Notes: generated by a model not told the origin, from the letters alone. A stretch of DNA of 60,551 nucleotides from Pirellulales bacterium (GCA_030751095.1 JASMGX010000001.1:1-60551); one strand, 5' to 3'. Counted from the stretch's first letter, positions 46,489-57,848 are shown. A program made the numbers and translations.

Positions 46489-48405
46489 TTAGCGAGCGGA
46501 CCCGCTCGGCGGCTGGTTTACAAAGTGGCCGTAGCCCAGATTGTTATTGCGGATCCGGCGGGTGCCCCGCCAGAGGATACCGACCGGCGGATCTCCCGGT
46601 TCATCCGTATCTTCCAGTAAGAGCGCGGCCTGAAAAGAATGCCAATCCTTGCCCTGCTGGTCCGTGAGGATACTCCGTGGAATGGACGCCTCAATCGTAT
46701 ACCCCTCGTTCTGCCGCGCAACGACCGCCTCGCAAGTCGCCTTGACCCCGGCGGCGGACTGCATTGTCAAAGGGCCACGAAATTCGACTGCGGGAAAAGA
46801 GACGCGATAAAAGCCCGGCACGAACTCGGTCTGCCGGGACCGGGCGGAAATCGGTCGGGTATCGAGGAACAGGATCAGTTGGTCCCCTTCAAGGATTTTG
46901 TCGTCGCTCACGCGGGCAAAAAAGTTGAGTGATTTTTCGTCCTGCGAAAAATCAAAGGCGACATGGGCATCCCCCTTGCCCTGCCACGCGTGTGCCGGGC
47001 CGACAACGAGCGGCGCTTTTTCGGTCTGGTGCGCGAGCTCTTTCCAGTCGCGGGCATTGCCGTCGAGCACCACCTCGCCGGTAGCGCGGGGACAATCGAA
47101 ACGACGATCGATCACCACCGGGATGACGATATCGGCCACAAGCGGTGGTTTCTCCAGGGTCTCGACGTGGGCGCGGAAGAGCGTGTTGCCCAGATCGGCA
47201 ATCGGCACCGGCTGGCTAAACTGGACCGCGACCGAAAGGGACTCGCTCGCTTGCGGTGCCGCCTCCAAATCGAGCGAGACCGGATCGACCGTAAGGCCCC
47301 GCAGCGGCAAGCCCTCGATCCGCCCGCTCACCCGGACCGGAGCGTCAAATTCATTAATCAGGCGGATATCGATCTGTCCCTCGCTGAGCCCTTCGCCCTG
47401 GCCCAAGAGAATCGGCGCCACCTCGAGTTTGGCCTTGGCTAAAAAGGTTCGAAAACGCGCCAGCGTCTCTTCGGTCACCCGGTCGCCCGGCACAATCCCA
47501 TCGAGCAGCAGGTTGGCAACATAGGGACCTTCCTTTTCCATCGTGAGCCACATGATGTGGTCGAACTCACCGTACGGAATCCCGCGGAGTTGCGAACCGC
47601 CTCCGGTGGTCGCCAACTGGTAGTAGGTTGCCCCGTTGCGATGGAACTGGGCGTAGTGGTGCGTATGCCCCGCAAACACCGTATGCCGCCGGCCGTGCAG
47701 AAGTTTTTCAACCTCGGGCCAGTTGGTCGAGTCCTGCATGCCGAACGAACGATACCGCTCGGAGATAAACCAGAGCGGCTTGTGGAGAAAAACCAGCGTC
47801 CATCGGGCGGTGGCCGATTTTTCCAGGTCGGCCTTGAGCCAGTTCATCTGTGTATCGCCAATCCGAAAATTGGGGTCTTCCGAGCAGAGGCAGATAAAAT
47901 GAACTCCGTTGTAATCGAAGGAATACCACTCCGGACCAAAATGCTTTCGCCATTTTTCGTGCATCATCGGGTTGGTCAGATCGTGGTTGCCTCCGACGAA
48001 GAAGAATTTCATCTCCATCTGATCGATAAAGCCCAAAAATTCCTGCCACTCCCGTTCCACCTGTTCCGGATCTTCGGTATAGCCTTCGATCAAGTCGCCG
48101 ACCGACATCACAAAATCGGGCCGAAGCAAATTGACGCTCTCGACCGCTTTCATCCAGACACCCGGTCGGTGTCCGCCGGTGCGGTCGGTCATGATGGCGA
48201 TCTGGAAGCGGTTCGGGTCCGAGAGGACCGGCTTGTCGGACCAGGGATGCGGGCCTGTCGTCGCCGGCAGCACCAGCCCCTTGGGCAATTCGGTCCGCTG
48301 CGCATGACCCGGCTCGTGATCCTCCGGTGGATGCGCGGTCACATCGAGAGCGCAAGCCGCAACGAGTGAGACACACCAGAACAGAGTGATGATTTGCTTC
48401 CGCAT
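46489..48405 (-). CDS. Secreted metallophosphoesterase (calcineurin-like) with a C-terminal CBM9/DOMON-like beta-sandwich domain
   Basis: Signal peptide. Phosphoesterase motifs MTDRTGGH, GDLIEGY, GGNHD and GHTHHY. The C-terminal domain has a CBM9-like pattern (AHVAFDFSQDEKSLNFFARVSDD...YTIEASIPRSIL). Confidence 0.8.
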   Translation of the reverse strand: MRKQIITLFWCVSLVAACALDVTAHPPEDHEPGHAQRTELPKGLVLPATTGPHPWSDKPVLSDPNRFQIAIMTDRTGGHRPGVWMKAVESVNLLRPDFVMSVGDLIEGYTEDPEQVEREWQEFLGFIDQMEMKFFFVGGNHDLTNPMMHEKWRKHFGPEWYSFDYNGVHFICLCSEDPNFRIGDTQMNWLKADLEKSATARWTLVFLHKPLWFISERYRSFGMQDSTNWPEVEKLLHGRRHTVFAGHTHHYAQFHRNGATYYQLATTGGGSQLRGIPYGEFDHIMWLTMEKEGPYVANLLLDGIVPGDRVTEETLARFRTFLAKAKLEVAPILLGQGEGLSEGQIDIRLINEFDAPVRVSGRIEGLPLRGLTVDPVSLDLEAAPQASESLSVAVQFSQPVPIADLGNTLFRAHVETLEKPPLVADIVIPVVIDRRFDCPRATGEVVLDGNARDWKELAHQTEKAPLVVGPAHAWQGKGDAHVAFDFSQDEKSLNFFARVSDDKILEGDQLILFLDTRPISARSRQTEFVPGFYRVSFPAVEFRGPLTMQSAAGVKATCEAVVARQNEGYTIEASIPRSILTDQQGKDWHSFQAALLLEDTDEPGDPPVGILWRGTRRIRNNNLGYGHFVNQPPSGSAR

Positions 48406-48467
48406 CGTGATCCGCCTTTACGTGAATTGTTTTTTACTGCCGTCACCGTGCGATCGTGTTTTCATCT

Positions 48468-50849
48468 TTAGGGAACAACTTCGACCACCTCCACGTCACC
48501 CCCTTCGGTTTTTTTGAGCAGCGCCAATTGCCCGGTCACCTGCTGGCCACCGTATGCAAATGTCTGCGGCTTCTCCGCACTGAGCACCCACCAGCGGGTG
48601 CCATCGGCATCGACCCGCTCGATGCCCAATACGGCGTCGGGCAGATCGGTCAGTTGATGGAACTTGGCGCCCGCCGCTCGCGTGGGGAAAGAAAGCACAT
48701 CGACAAAATCAGCGTTTTTACCTGTTTTCCGTAGCAGCAGGACCTCTTTGGTCTTCCCCTTCAAATCGGCGTGTCCAGTCGCTGCGGTGAGCGTACTCGG
48801 ACCCGATGAGAGCAAATCAATCTGCAACGGTTCTGCGGGAGTGTTGTAATGCAACGTTTCCGCTTCGCCGCTGAGTTTGCCGTTCCGTGGCGACTTGAGG
48901 TGCTCGTAGCCGAGCTTGTCCGAAACCGAACCCTCGGTCTCCGGACCGAGCGGCAACGAGGCGTTCGCCAACTCACCGTCGAGATGCAGGGCATAGTCGT
49001 AGGTATGCCCTTGCTCGCTGCGACAGCGAAAAAAGTCCACAACCGCATCGCCAAAAAGGACGATGGTGCGGTCGAGCAACACACCCTCATACGCCGCGGT
49101 ACACTCCGCGCGAAACGCCTTGAGTTGCTCACCGGGGTGGAAAAAAATCGGTTTCCCACGTGCCTGCTTCCCCCCCCGCTCCACCACCCAGACATCCTTG
49201 CCATCCTCCTGGGGATATTGTGAGAGTTCATCGACCGTTACCGTGTTGTGGGCGATCGATTGCCGGTCCCAACTGAGAAAATCTTTGTGTCCGTAGTGGT
49301 GGTAACGAACCTCGGGGATGACCTGGTGGCCCGCGAGAGAGACGGCAATTGCCAAAAGTTCCGGATGGGTATGGCAGGAACCCCAGTCGCCATAGGTCAT
49401 CTGCACACCGAGAGAATTTGCATCGGCACTCTCTCGCAGTACGGTAATACCACCGTTGGGCAGAAGCGTGCAGACATTTTCGTGGCGGCCGGTAACGCCG
49501 ATGCGGGCATCTTCCGTGTGATCGAAGGAACCTTGCGGCAGCTCGGGGGCAAGCCAGATCAACTCCAACGGATCGAGCGGCCGGCGAGGCGATTTGCCCG
49601 AGAGTTTTGCTTTTTTCACCGCGGCTTCCATCGTGCCGGGGGCGATATACCCGCCTCCGGCAATCGGCCGGACAAAATTGACCGGTCGCTGCAGGATCCA
49701 GGCAAATTTGGGGTCCCGATACGCTTGCCAGGCTCGCTCATAACACCGCTTGCGTTCCAAACGGTCGGTGTAGGAGTTTCCGAGCCGCACCAGCGACCCG
49801 TCGCTAAACGCCTCGTAGAAGGGCGAGTCAAAAACCGCCTTGACCGTCTTCTTGCCGGTCGGGCCGAAGTTGCGCTCAAGATCGGTACCGGCATCCAACG
49901 GGTGCCCCATCACCTCGAGGTTCCAAAGATCCATCCCACGGTGACGGGCCGCTTCGGCAATGATCGCATACGCATCGGCGGTGTAGAGGTGGTAGTGCAT
50001 CGACCGCTCGTAAAACACACCATCGGCCAGGATCGACCAGGCAACGTGTTGCACAAATCCGTCGCGCACAACGCGGCCCAAATCATCGCGAGCCCCGTTG
50101 ACCGCTTCTTCCATCAGATCGCGGTCGTCGATACAAAATCCGATCGCGGCCACTCCGGCAATCGCCCGCCCCCGCCAGTTGCTGCGATAGCGATGGTTGC
50201 AATCCCGCATCACCTCGGCGGAGGCCTTCAGCACCTGCTGCTCGATCGCGATTTTATCCTCGTCGCTAAGAACTCCCGCATTGTAGATCAAATCGTAGGC
50301 CGAAGCGGCGTCGAGGGCCCAGTCGCATTCGCCAAGCGTTGCTGAGGTCGCCTTCCCTTTGAGGCCGGAAACCAAATAGTCGGGAAACAGATCGACGTAG
50401 GCCCGCAGGATCGCAGCGGCCGCCTCGGCAAATTTCTTTTGGCCCCGCAGCGCGTAGATGATCGCATAGCGATGCGCATCTCGGGCAATCTTTTTATTCG
50501 GGCCGCGGTTCTCGGTGGGCAATTCCGGATCATCGACCGTCTTATTCAGATCGGCCTGCATGTCATCGAGGTATTTGCTGAGCCAGGGTGTTTGCTGCGA
50601 CCATGCTTTGAGCGCGTCGATTTCTTCTTGATTGATAAACAATCGGGGATGCGGTGGCGCTTGCTGGGGAATCTCAACCGGCTTGCGCCTCTCAGCGGCA
50701 CAAAGTGGCGCCATCGGCACCGCAATCAAGAGCAGACACATACTCAGCAGGCAAGATACTTTCACGAGAGAAATCCTTCCAAAAAACTGGGCGATTGGCC
50801 GGCAGGCGAGATCGCTCGGACCGTTTCGCGCAAAGGTGGGTCTATCCAT
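48468..50849 (-). CDS. Heparinase II/III-family (alginate lyase-like N-domain) polysaccharide lyase-like protein
   Basis: Heparinase II/III-like C-terminal motifs (CHTHPELLAIAVSLAGHQVIPE...SIAHNTVTVDE). The start is uncertain: the GTG at 50765 gives a classic signal peptide (MKVSCLLSMCLLLIAVPMAPLCAAE), while the ATG at 50849 adds 28 aa. Confidence 0.75.
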   Translation of the reverse strand: MDRPTFARNGPSDLACRPIAQFFGRISLVKVSCLLSMCLLLIAVPMAPLCAAERRKPVEIPQQAPPHPRLFINQEEIDALKAWSQQTPWLSKYLDDMQADLNKTVDDPELPTENRGPNKKIARDAHRYAIIYALRGQKKFAEAAAAILRAYVDLFPDYLVSGLKGKATSATLGECDWALDAASAYDLIYNAGVLSDEDKIAIEQQVLKASAEVMRDCNHRYRSNWRGRAIAGVAAIGFCIDDRDLMEEAVNGARDDLGRVVRDGFVQHVAWSILADGVFYERSMHYHLYTADAYAIIAEAARHRGMDLWNLEVMGHPLDAGTDLERNFGPTGKKTVKAVFDSPFYEAFSDGSLVRLGNSYTDRLERKRCYERAWQAYRDPKFAWILQRPVNFVRPIAGGGYIAPGTMEAAVKKAKLSGKSPRRPLDPLELIWLAPELPQGSFDHTEDARIGVTGRHENVCTLLPNGGITVLRESADANSLGVQMTYGDWGSCHTHPELLAIAVSLAGHQVIPEVRYHHYGHKDFLSWDRQSIAHNTVTVDELSQYPQEDGKDVWVVERGGKQARGKPIFFHPGEQLKAFRAECTAAYEGVLLDRTIVLFGDAVVDFFRCRSEQGHTYDYALHLDGELANASLPLGPETEGSVSDKLGYEHLKSPRNGKLSGEAETLHYNTPAEPLQIDLLSSGPSTLTAATGHADLKGKTKEVLLLRKTGKNADFVDVLSFPTRAAGAKFHQLTDLPDAVLGIERVDADGTRWWVLSAEKPQTFAYGGQQVTGQLALLKKTEGGDVEVVEVVP

Positions 50850-50980
50850 CGCCCGACATTATAGTGCATCTTCGGGCCACATGCCCGGCCCCCCTCCAGG
50901 ACGGTTGCTTCGCGAATGGATCGCCATGCGGTATAAACGGAAAAAGAATTCGCTGATTTTCTGTTCCTTAACGGAGCGTC

Positions 50981-52051
50981 ATGTCCTTCAAAATGCAACG
51001 AATGGCAAACCTTTTTCTCATTCTGGCTGTGCTGCTCGTCGGCATGCCGCCCGCTGCCGCTGCGGAGCAAGAGACTTTTGATGTCCTGATCGGGCCTCGC
51101 GCGGCAGGCGACGGGGAAGCGGCAACGGGCATGAGCCCGCTCGAGTATCCGCTCGGCATCGATTTTAATCGCAAAGGCGATGCGGTCGTTGTCGAGTTGG
51201 GCGGAGGCCGCGTTCACCGGCTCAGCCGCGACGGCAACCTGAAAGTGATCGCCGGAAGTCCAACGAGCGGCTATGCGGGCGACGGTGGCCCGGCCCGCGA
51301 CGCGCTCTTTGCCGACATGCACAATGTGGCGATTGGCACCAGCGGGGAAATCTATATTTCTGATAGCTCCAACCACGCGATTCGCCAGATCGATCCAACA
51401 ACGGGTACCATCAGCACCCTCGCCGGCAACGGCCAGGAAGGATTTGACGGCGACCGGGGAACCTTGCGCGATGCCCGGTTCCGCAAACCGATTTGCATCA
51501 GCCTCACGCCCGATAAAAAACGTCTGCTCGTTGCCGATATTAACAACCTCCGCATTCGCGAAATCGATCTCGACGACCGCAGCGTGCGGACGCTCGCTGG
51601 AACGGGCAAAAGCGGCGTGCCGAACGATGGCGATTTAGCAACGGCCAGCCGGCTCGTCGATCCGCGGGCAGTCGCCGCGGACGCTCGCGGCAATGTCTAT
51701 GTTCTCGAACGGGCCGGACACGCCCTGCGGATGATCGACCGACAGGGCCGGATTTTCACCGTGGCCGGAACCGGAAAGAAAGGGTTTGCAGACGGGCCTG
51801 CAATGGAGGCTCAGTTTGCCGAACCCAAACATCTCTGTATCGATGACCGGGACCGGGTCTACATTGCCGACGACAAAAATGAGGCGATCCGCTGTTATGA
51901 TCCACAGACTGGCAGCGTCAGCACGGTACTCGGCCGCGGCGAGCGGGGCGCGACGCTCAAATCCCCGCACGGCGTCTGTTTTCATAATGGAAAACTCTAC
52001 GTGGTCGACAGTGGCAACCACCGGGTACTGCGTATGACGCTCAAGCGGTAG
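50981..52051 (+). CDS. Secreted NHL-repeat beta-propeller protein
   Basis: Signal peptide (LFLILAVLLVGMPPAAAAEQ). About six repeats of the NHL type (GYAGDGGPARDALF...V..G.IYI.D..NH.IR.ID). Confidence 0.8.
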   Translation: MSFKMQRMANLFLILAVLLVGMPPAAAAEQETFDVLIGPRAAGDGEAATGMSPLEYPLGIDFNRKGDAVVVELGGGRVHRLSRDGNLKVIAGSPTSGYAGDGGPARDALFADMHNVAIGTSGEIYISDSSNHAIRQIDPTTGTISTLAGNGQEGFDGDRGTLRDARFRKPICISLTPDKKRLLVADINNLRIREIDLDDRSVRTLAGTGKSGVPNDGDLATASRLVDPRAVAADARGNVYVLERAGHALRMIDRQGRIFTVAGTGKKGFADGPAMEAQFAEPKHLCIDDRDRVYIADDKNEAIRCYDPQTGSVSTVLGRGERGATLKSPHGVCFHNGKLYVVDSGNHRVLRMTLKR

Positions 52052-52142
52052 TGGAGCGAGGGCGAGGTGCTTCATTTGCACAGTGGCAGGCCGTAGAATA
52101 GCGAGAAGATTTTTTCACCCGATTCTCCAGAGGCTGATCCAA

Positions 52143-52949
52143 ATGCGAGGCGTCTCTGCAAACTGGCTTCTCTACCTGGTGCTGCCGTTTGTCGCAGGCA
52201 GCCTGATCGGTCTGTTCGTACTCTTCCCGGTCAATGAGTTTGCCGACTATTACGAACATCCAAAATACGTTCTGGACCATTATGGCGAGATTTCAGTCGG
52301 CCGTTTTGTCCTCGAGCGGTTCTCCGAGGCGACCCGGGGTGAGCTGCCGCTAAAAGTGACCAGTTTTGTTTCCGTCGGCGCACTGTTGGGATTGCTTTTC
52401 GGTACGTTTTACGGGGTGCTCGGCCGCCACAAGAGAAAAATTGAGCAGCTCCAGTCCGCCCTGGAAAAAGATGTTGCGACCCTGATTTCCGGGGGTGAAA
52501 ACAATCGCGTGGAGTTCAAGAGTTCGCTCCGCTGGGATCTGAAAAAAGGGGAGCGGAATCGGGCGATGGAGGGAGTGATTCTCAAGACCCTGGCCGGTTT
52601 CATGAACGCCGAGGGAGGGACGCTGCTGATCGGCGTGGCCGACGATGGCACCATTGTCGGCATCGAACACGATTATCCCACGCTGAAGAAAAAAGACCGC
52701 GACGGGTTTGAAGTCACCTTAATGACACTCGTCGCCCACAATCTGGGGGCCGCAAACTGTCAGGCGGTACACCCCGTGTTTCACGAACTCGCAGGCAAGG
52801 TCATCTGCCGCACCATCGTTGCCCCCGCCCCGCATCCGGTCTACGTAACCCACCAGGGCGCGCGAAAATTCTACCTGCGAACCGGTGGCAGCACCCGCGA
52901 GCTAGATATCGAGCAGGCGGTGGACTTCATCGCCACGCGGTGGCCGTAG
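52143..52949 (+). CDS. Membrane-anchored AlbA_2 (Schlafen-like nucleic-acid-binding) domain protein
   Basis: Two N-terminal TM helices (WLLYLVLPFVAGSLIGLFVLF and SFVSVGALLGLLFGTFYGVL), a short coiled linker, then the AlbA_2 motif ENNRVEFKSSLRWDL...LAGFMNAEGGTLLIGVADDGTIVGI. The ATG at 52143 is preferred; the track start at 52083 is GTG. Confidence 0.65.
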   Translation: MRGVSANWLLYLVLPFVAGSLIGLFVLFPVNEFADYYEHPKYVLDHYGEISVGRFVLERFSEATRGELPLKVTSFVSVGALLGLLFGTFYGVLGRHKRKIEQLQSALEKDVATLISGGENNRVEFKSSLRWDLKKGERNRAMEGVILKTLAGFMNAEGGTLLIGVADDGTIVGIEHDYPTLKKKDRDGFEVTLMTLVAHNLGAANCQAVHPVFHELAGKVICRTIVAPAPHPVYVTHQGARKFYLRTGGSTRELDIEQAVDFIATRWP

Positions 52950-53037
52950 TCGATGTTCAGAGTCGATCTACAAAGTCGCCCTACAGGGCCAAAGTCGGGT
53001 ACCGGTCCGAGAAGCATCCGCTCAAGATTCGACGCGA

Positions 53038-54345
53038 TCAAGACTCGACGTTGATGCGTCCCGTAATCATCTCGGCACTCGCCTTTTGTCGCGGTTCGCT
53101 GAGCCTGAGGGTCTGCAGCCAGCCGGCGAACAGCAGCGCACTGATACCAAAGAAGACCTCCTCAAAGCCCCAGGTGTCGATCGCCAACCCGACGAGCGGT
53201 GCGGTCATTATCGGTGCCGCCACACACAGCCCCATGGTACTAAGATAGCGGGGATAGTTGTTCACCGGAGCCAACTCCAGCGTATAGTTCTGAAGTGTCC
53301 GCAGGGTCACGGGCGTGAGGCCGATCAACACAAAAACGCCCCAGTAATGACTCTTCCCGAATTGCTCGAAGTTGGCCAGGGCCAACGCCGCCGGTGGCAA
53401 GAGACAGAGGCCCAGGAGTAAAAGCCGGAGTACGAGACGATTGCCGCGCCAGTCGGCCAGCAAACCCGCCACCATACTCAACACGGCGGTCCCCGCATTC
53501 TGGATAATGATCCAGGAAATCAGGTCCGAAAATTCAAACCCGAACCGCGCATGTCCGAGTGCCTGATAATGGGGAAAGAGCACAAAGGAGGTCCCGAAAA
53601 AAAAAGCGACCCACGCCACGCGTTGGAACGGAATGTCTCGCCTGAGAATTTTCCACGACTCCGCAAAATGGACAACGCCCTCCTGAGGCTGCTGTTGCGT
53701 TTCGTCGCTCGGCTCTACCAATCTCGATGCGATCAGGGCGCTGACCAAAAAGAAAAAAGCGGAACAAGCAAAGATCCAATGAAAATCACCTCCACCACTG
53801 CGGAGCCAAGAGGGCAAGAGGACTGCTGCCCCCACGATTGCAACGGCGGCGCCTCCCACGTTGCCCAGCAGCATCAAACGGCCCCGCCGCGTCGCTCGAA
53901 CCAATTTTCCTTGTAGCGTCCCAAAACCGAGTTGGGTCATTCCCGCACAGACAAAAAAAGATGCGTAGGCCGCAAAAAAAATAATGGGCATCCAAGTCGA
54001 AGCCTGGCCACCGGCGATCATCCATAAGAGTGAAAGGATCGCAAAGCATGCAGACATCCCAACGATCGCTATGCAGAGCCCCCATTTCTTCCGCTTCATC
54101 TGATTGAAGCGGTGGCTCAACAGCCAAGGAGAGAGACTGTAGGCGCCCCGAGAGAACATCGGCAAGAACCCCCGCAACCAGGCGGCACCGCCCATGGTGT
54201 CGAGTACCACCGGCATGATGATGTTCTCGGTTTTGAAGATCCAACCGGTACGGATGGCGATCTGGACCAGGCCGAGGGTCCAGAAGTTCCGCCTCGCATG
54301 TTGGTCGATTGCCTCCGTCGAGGGCCGATCCGGCTCAGCCTTCAT
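53038..54345 (-). CDS. MFS transporter (substrate unknown)
   Basis: 435 aa with ~12 TM helices and an ATG start. No diagnostic substrate motif recognised. Confidence 0.8.
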   Translation of the reverse strand: MKAEPDRPSTEAIDQHARRNFWTLGLVQIAIRTGWIFKTENIIMPVVLDTMGGAAWLRGFLPMFSRGAYSLSPWLLSHRFNQMKRKKWGLCIAIVGMSACFAILSLLWMIAGGQASTWMPIIFFAAYASFFVCAGMTQLGFGTLQGKLVRATRRGRLMLLGNVGGAAVAIVGAAVLLPSWLRSGGGDFHWIFACSAFFFLVSALIASRLVEPSDETQQQPQEGVVHFAESWKILRRDIPFQRVAWVAFFFGTSFVLFPHYQALGHARFGFEFSDLISWIIIQNAGTAVLSMVAGLLADWRGNRLVLRLLLLGLCLLPPAALALANFEQFGKSHYWGVFVLIGLTPVTLRTLQNYTLELAPVNNYPRYLSTMGLCVAAPIMTAPLVGLAIDTWGFEEVFFGISALLFAGWLQTLRLSEPRQKASAEMITGRINVES

Positions 54346-54634
54346 CGGAGGAGTCGTCTTTGCCGTAGTAGATCATACCGACCAGCCAGGCAGAGATGAC
54401 CATCGCCGCGGCCCACCCGAGGGGCAACATAATCAGCAGCCCCACCGGTCGCTCGGAAGCAAAATCGAGTTTTAACTCAAAGAGCGTGTCAAAAACGACC
54501 AGAATAAACGCGCACAAAAAGAAACGTACGAAAAAGAGCGGGGCACCCGTCAATTTTCGGGCAGGGCGATCAGATTCTGGATTAGGGGATGGCACGGCAA
54601 GTTCCCGTGATGCGTTGTTGAAGTGGATCGGCAA
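54335..54634 (-). CDS. Possible small two-TM membrane protein overlapping the MFS start
   Basis: Two hydrophobic helices (LFFVRFFLCAFILVVFDTLF and LLIMLPLGWAAAMVISAWLVGMIYY). Its stop overlaps the MFS ATG by 11 nt. No ATG precedes the first helix (only TTG/GTG options), which lowers confidence. Confidence 0.35.
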   Translation of the reverse strand: MPIHFNNASRELAVPSPNPESDRPARKLTGAPLFFVRFFLCAFILVVFDTLFELKLDFASERPVGLLIMLPLGWAAAMVISAWLVGMIYYGKDDSSDEG

Positions 54635-54751
54635 AACAATAGAATGACGGTTTTGATGCGATTGTCAACCGATTACAACCGCACGAAGTTGTTTGTTTTT
54701 TTGCAAGGCATTTGTGATCCGAGATTGAAAACCTAACGGGAGGTATTTGCG

Positions 54752-55111
54752 ATGGCAGTTGAACTCGTCGAAGGGGCCGATGGCCACAGCCTGGAAGTAC
54801 AGGTAACCGGAAAACTGACAAAGGAAGATTACGAGCATTTTGTGCCCCGAACGGAAGAGATGATGAAAGAGGGCAAGGTAAAAATTTTGATGTCGATGCA
54901 CGACTTTGCCGGCTGGGAAATGGGAGCCCTCTGGGAAGACATCAAGTTCGATATCAAACATTTTTCAGATATTGAAAAATTGGCACTGGTTGGAGAAAAA
55001 CAATGGGAAAAGGGGATGGCAATGTTTTGCAAACCTTTCACCACTGCCAAAGTCAAATATTTTGACCGGAGCGAAATCGACCAGGCCCGCGAATGGCTCG
55101 CCGCCGAGTAG
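54752..55111 (+). CDS. STAS/SpoIIAA-like protein (DUF3478-like)
   Basis: 119 aa with a GGGAGG Shine-Dalgarno-like element upstream of the ATG. Sequence pattern: LEVQVTGKLTKEDYEHFVPRTEEMMKEGKVKILMSMHDFAGWEMGALWEDIKFDIKHFSDIEKLALVG. Confidence 0.7.
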   Translation: MAVELVEGADGHSLEVQVTGKLTKEDYEHFVPRTEEMMKEGKVKILMSMHDFAGWEMGALWEDIKFDIKHFSDIEKLALVGEKQWEKGMAMFCKPFTTAKVKYFDRSEIDQAREWLAAE

Positions 55112-55159
55112 GCTTTTCGTTTTTTCTGCCACCGCTATTCGATGCGATCCGATCGCGAA

Positions 55160-55402
55160 TCAGGCGATGATCGATAGCACGACATAGGGGATCAGGTTGA
55201 ACATGAAGATCATGAGCTTCCACTGTCCCATGAGCTTGTAATGCGCCGCATCAAAGCTCTCTGTGGACAGCTTGAACCAGCGCGAATGCACCCGATAGAT
55301 CCAGTCGTGGACGCATGCGAACATCATCCACCAGAGTAGAAGTAGTGCAACATTGATGATCGTACAGCCCAACAGAAAATTACGTAGTTGCTCAAGTTCC
55401 AT
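55160..55402 (-). CDS. Small membrane protein (80 aa, two TM helices); function unknown
   Basis: Trimmed to the ATG at 55402 (MELEQLRNFLLGCTIINVALLLLWWMMFACVHDW...). The upstream part of the track ORF overlaps the RluA gene end. Confidence 0.5.
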   Translation of the reverse strand: MELEQLRNFLLGCTIINVALLLLWWMMFACVHDWIYRVHSRWFKLSTESFDAAHYKLMGQWKLMIFMFNLIPYVVLSIIA

Positions 55403-55533
55403 TGCGACCTCGCTGCAAAAAAGAAAAGGGAACCATAACCTGACGCTTGCCACAATCTGTCGGGGTGGGGCAGATTCAAATGCAATGTAGTGCGAAATCG
55501 AGAACACGTCGAGTTTAGCGGTCCAAAGGCCGA

Positions 55534-56259
55534 TCATGCCTCCTCGAGAGCCGCAATGTGCGTCTCGAGCACAAGATCGTTCCAATGTCCGGGCAAAGGG
55601 GCCGTGACCGCCACCTGCTCGCGGGTCATCGGATGACGGAAACAGACGCGCCGCCCATGAAGGGCAATGGCGTTGCGCCGCGGATCGGGTTCGGGTTTTC
55701 CGAGGGTGGCCTCGGCCCCGTAAAAAACATCGCCAAGAACCGGATGGCCGCGCGACGCGGATTGCAGTCGGATCTGATGCATGCGGCCGGTCTTTAGTTC
55801 CACCTCCAGCCAGGAGCCGAACGGAGTCTCGCCGAGTGTACGGTAGGTGAGACGTGCCTCCCGGGCACCCTCAACTTCGGAGGGAACGATTTCACCGCGG
55901 GCCTGCCCCGGGATTTTTCGCATCCAGTCGCACCATTCACCCGCCTCGGGACGTACCCTCCCCTGCACGAGGGCCCAATAGACCTTGCGGAGCGTCCGTC
56001 CTGAAAATTGTTCGCTGATGCGGCGGCAGGCCCGGACATGCCGGGCGAGGATCAACGCGCCGGAGACCGGGCGATCGAGGCGATGGGGAACTCCCAGATA
56101 GATGTTGCCCGTCTTTTGTTCGCGGGCCTTGAGAAATTCTTTCACCCGCCTCTCAAGGCTATCGATCCCGGGTGGCGCCTGGGTCAAAAGACCACTCGGC
56201 TTGTTTACGACCAGACAGGGCCCCTGCTCGTATACAAGATCGACCACCGCAGCGCTCAC
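55534..56259 (-). CDS. RluA-family pseudouridine synthase
   Basis: Catalytic motif HRLDRPVSGALILA, with VVNKPSGLL upstream of it. GTG start. No S4 domain. Confidence 0.9.
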   Translation of the reverse strand: MSAAVVDLVYEQGPCLVVNKPSGLLTQAPPGIDSLERRVKEFLKAREQKTGNIYLGVPHRLDRPVSGALILARHVRACRRISEQFSGRTLRKVYWALVQGRVRPEAGEWCDWMRKIPGQARGEIVPSEVEGAREARLTYRTLGETPFGSWLEVELKTGRMHQIRLQSASRGHPVLGDVFYGAEATLGKPEPDPRRNAIALHGRRVCFRHPMTREQVAVTAPLPGHWNDLVLETHIAALEEA

Positions 56260-56322
56260 AATGCGTCACTCGCTTCTGCTCACGGAATATTGGCACAGCG
56301 GCCCGGTCGCTCCCACCGCAAC

Positions 56323-56375
56323 GCTCCCCTTTAGGGCTCCCCTTTAAGAAAAGCCCTTTTTAAGCGAAGCCCTTT

Positions 56376-56380
<5 letters not shown>
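56323..56380. repeat. Two pairs of short tandem direct repeats at the 3' end of the DUF1501 gene
   Basis: GCTCCCCTTTAG / GCTCCCCTTTAAG at 56323-56348, and AAGCCCTTTTTAAG twice at 56351-56364 and 56367-56380. The last copy overlaps the stop codon at 56376. Confidence 0.5.
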
Positions 56381-57848
<1,468 letters not shown>

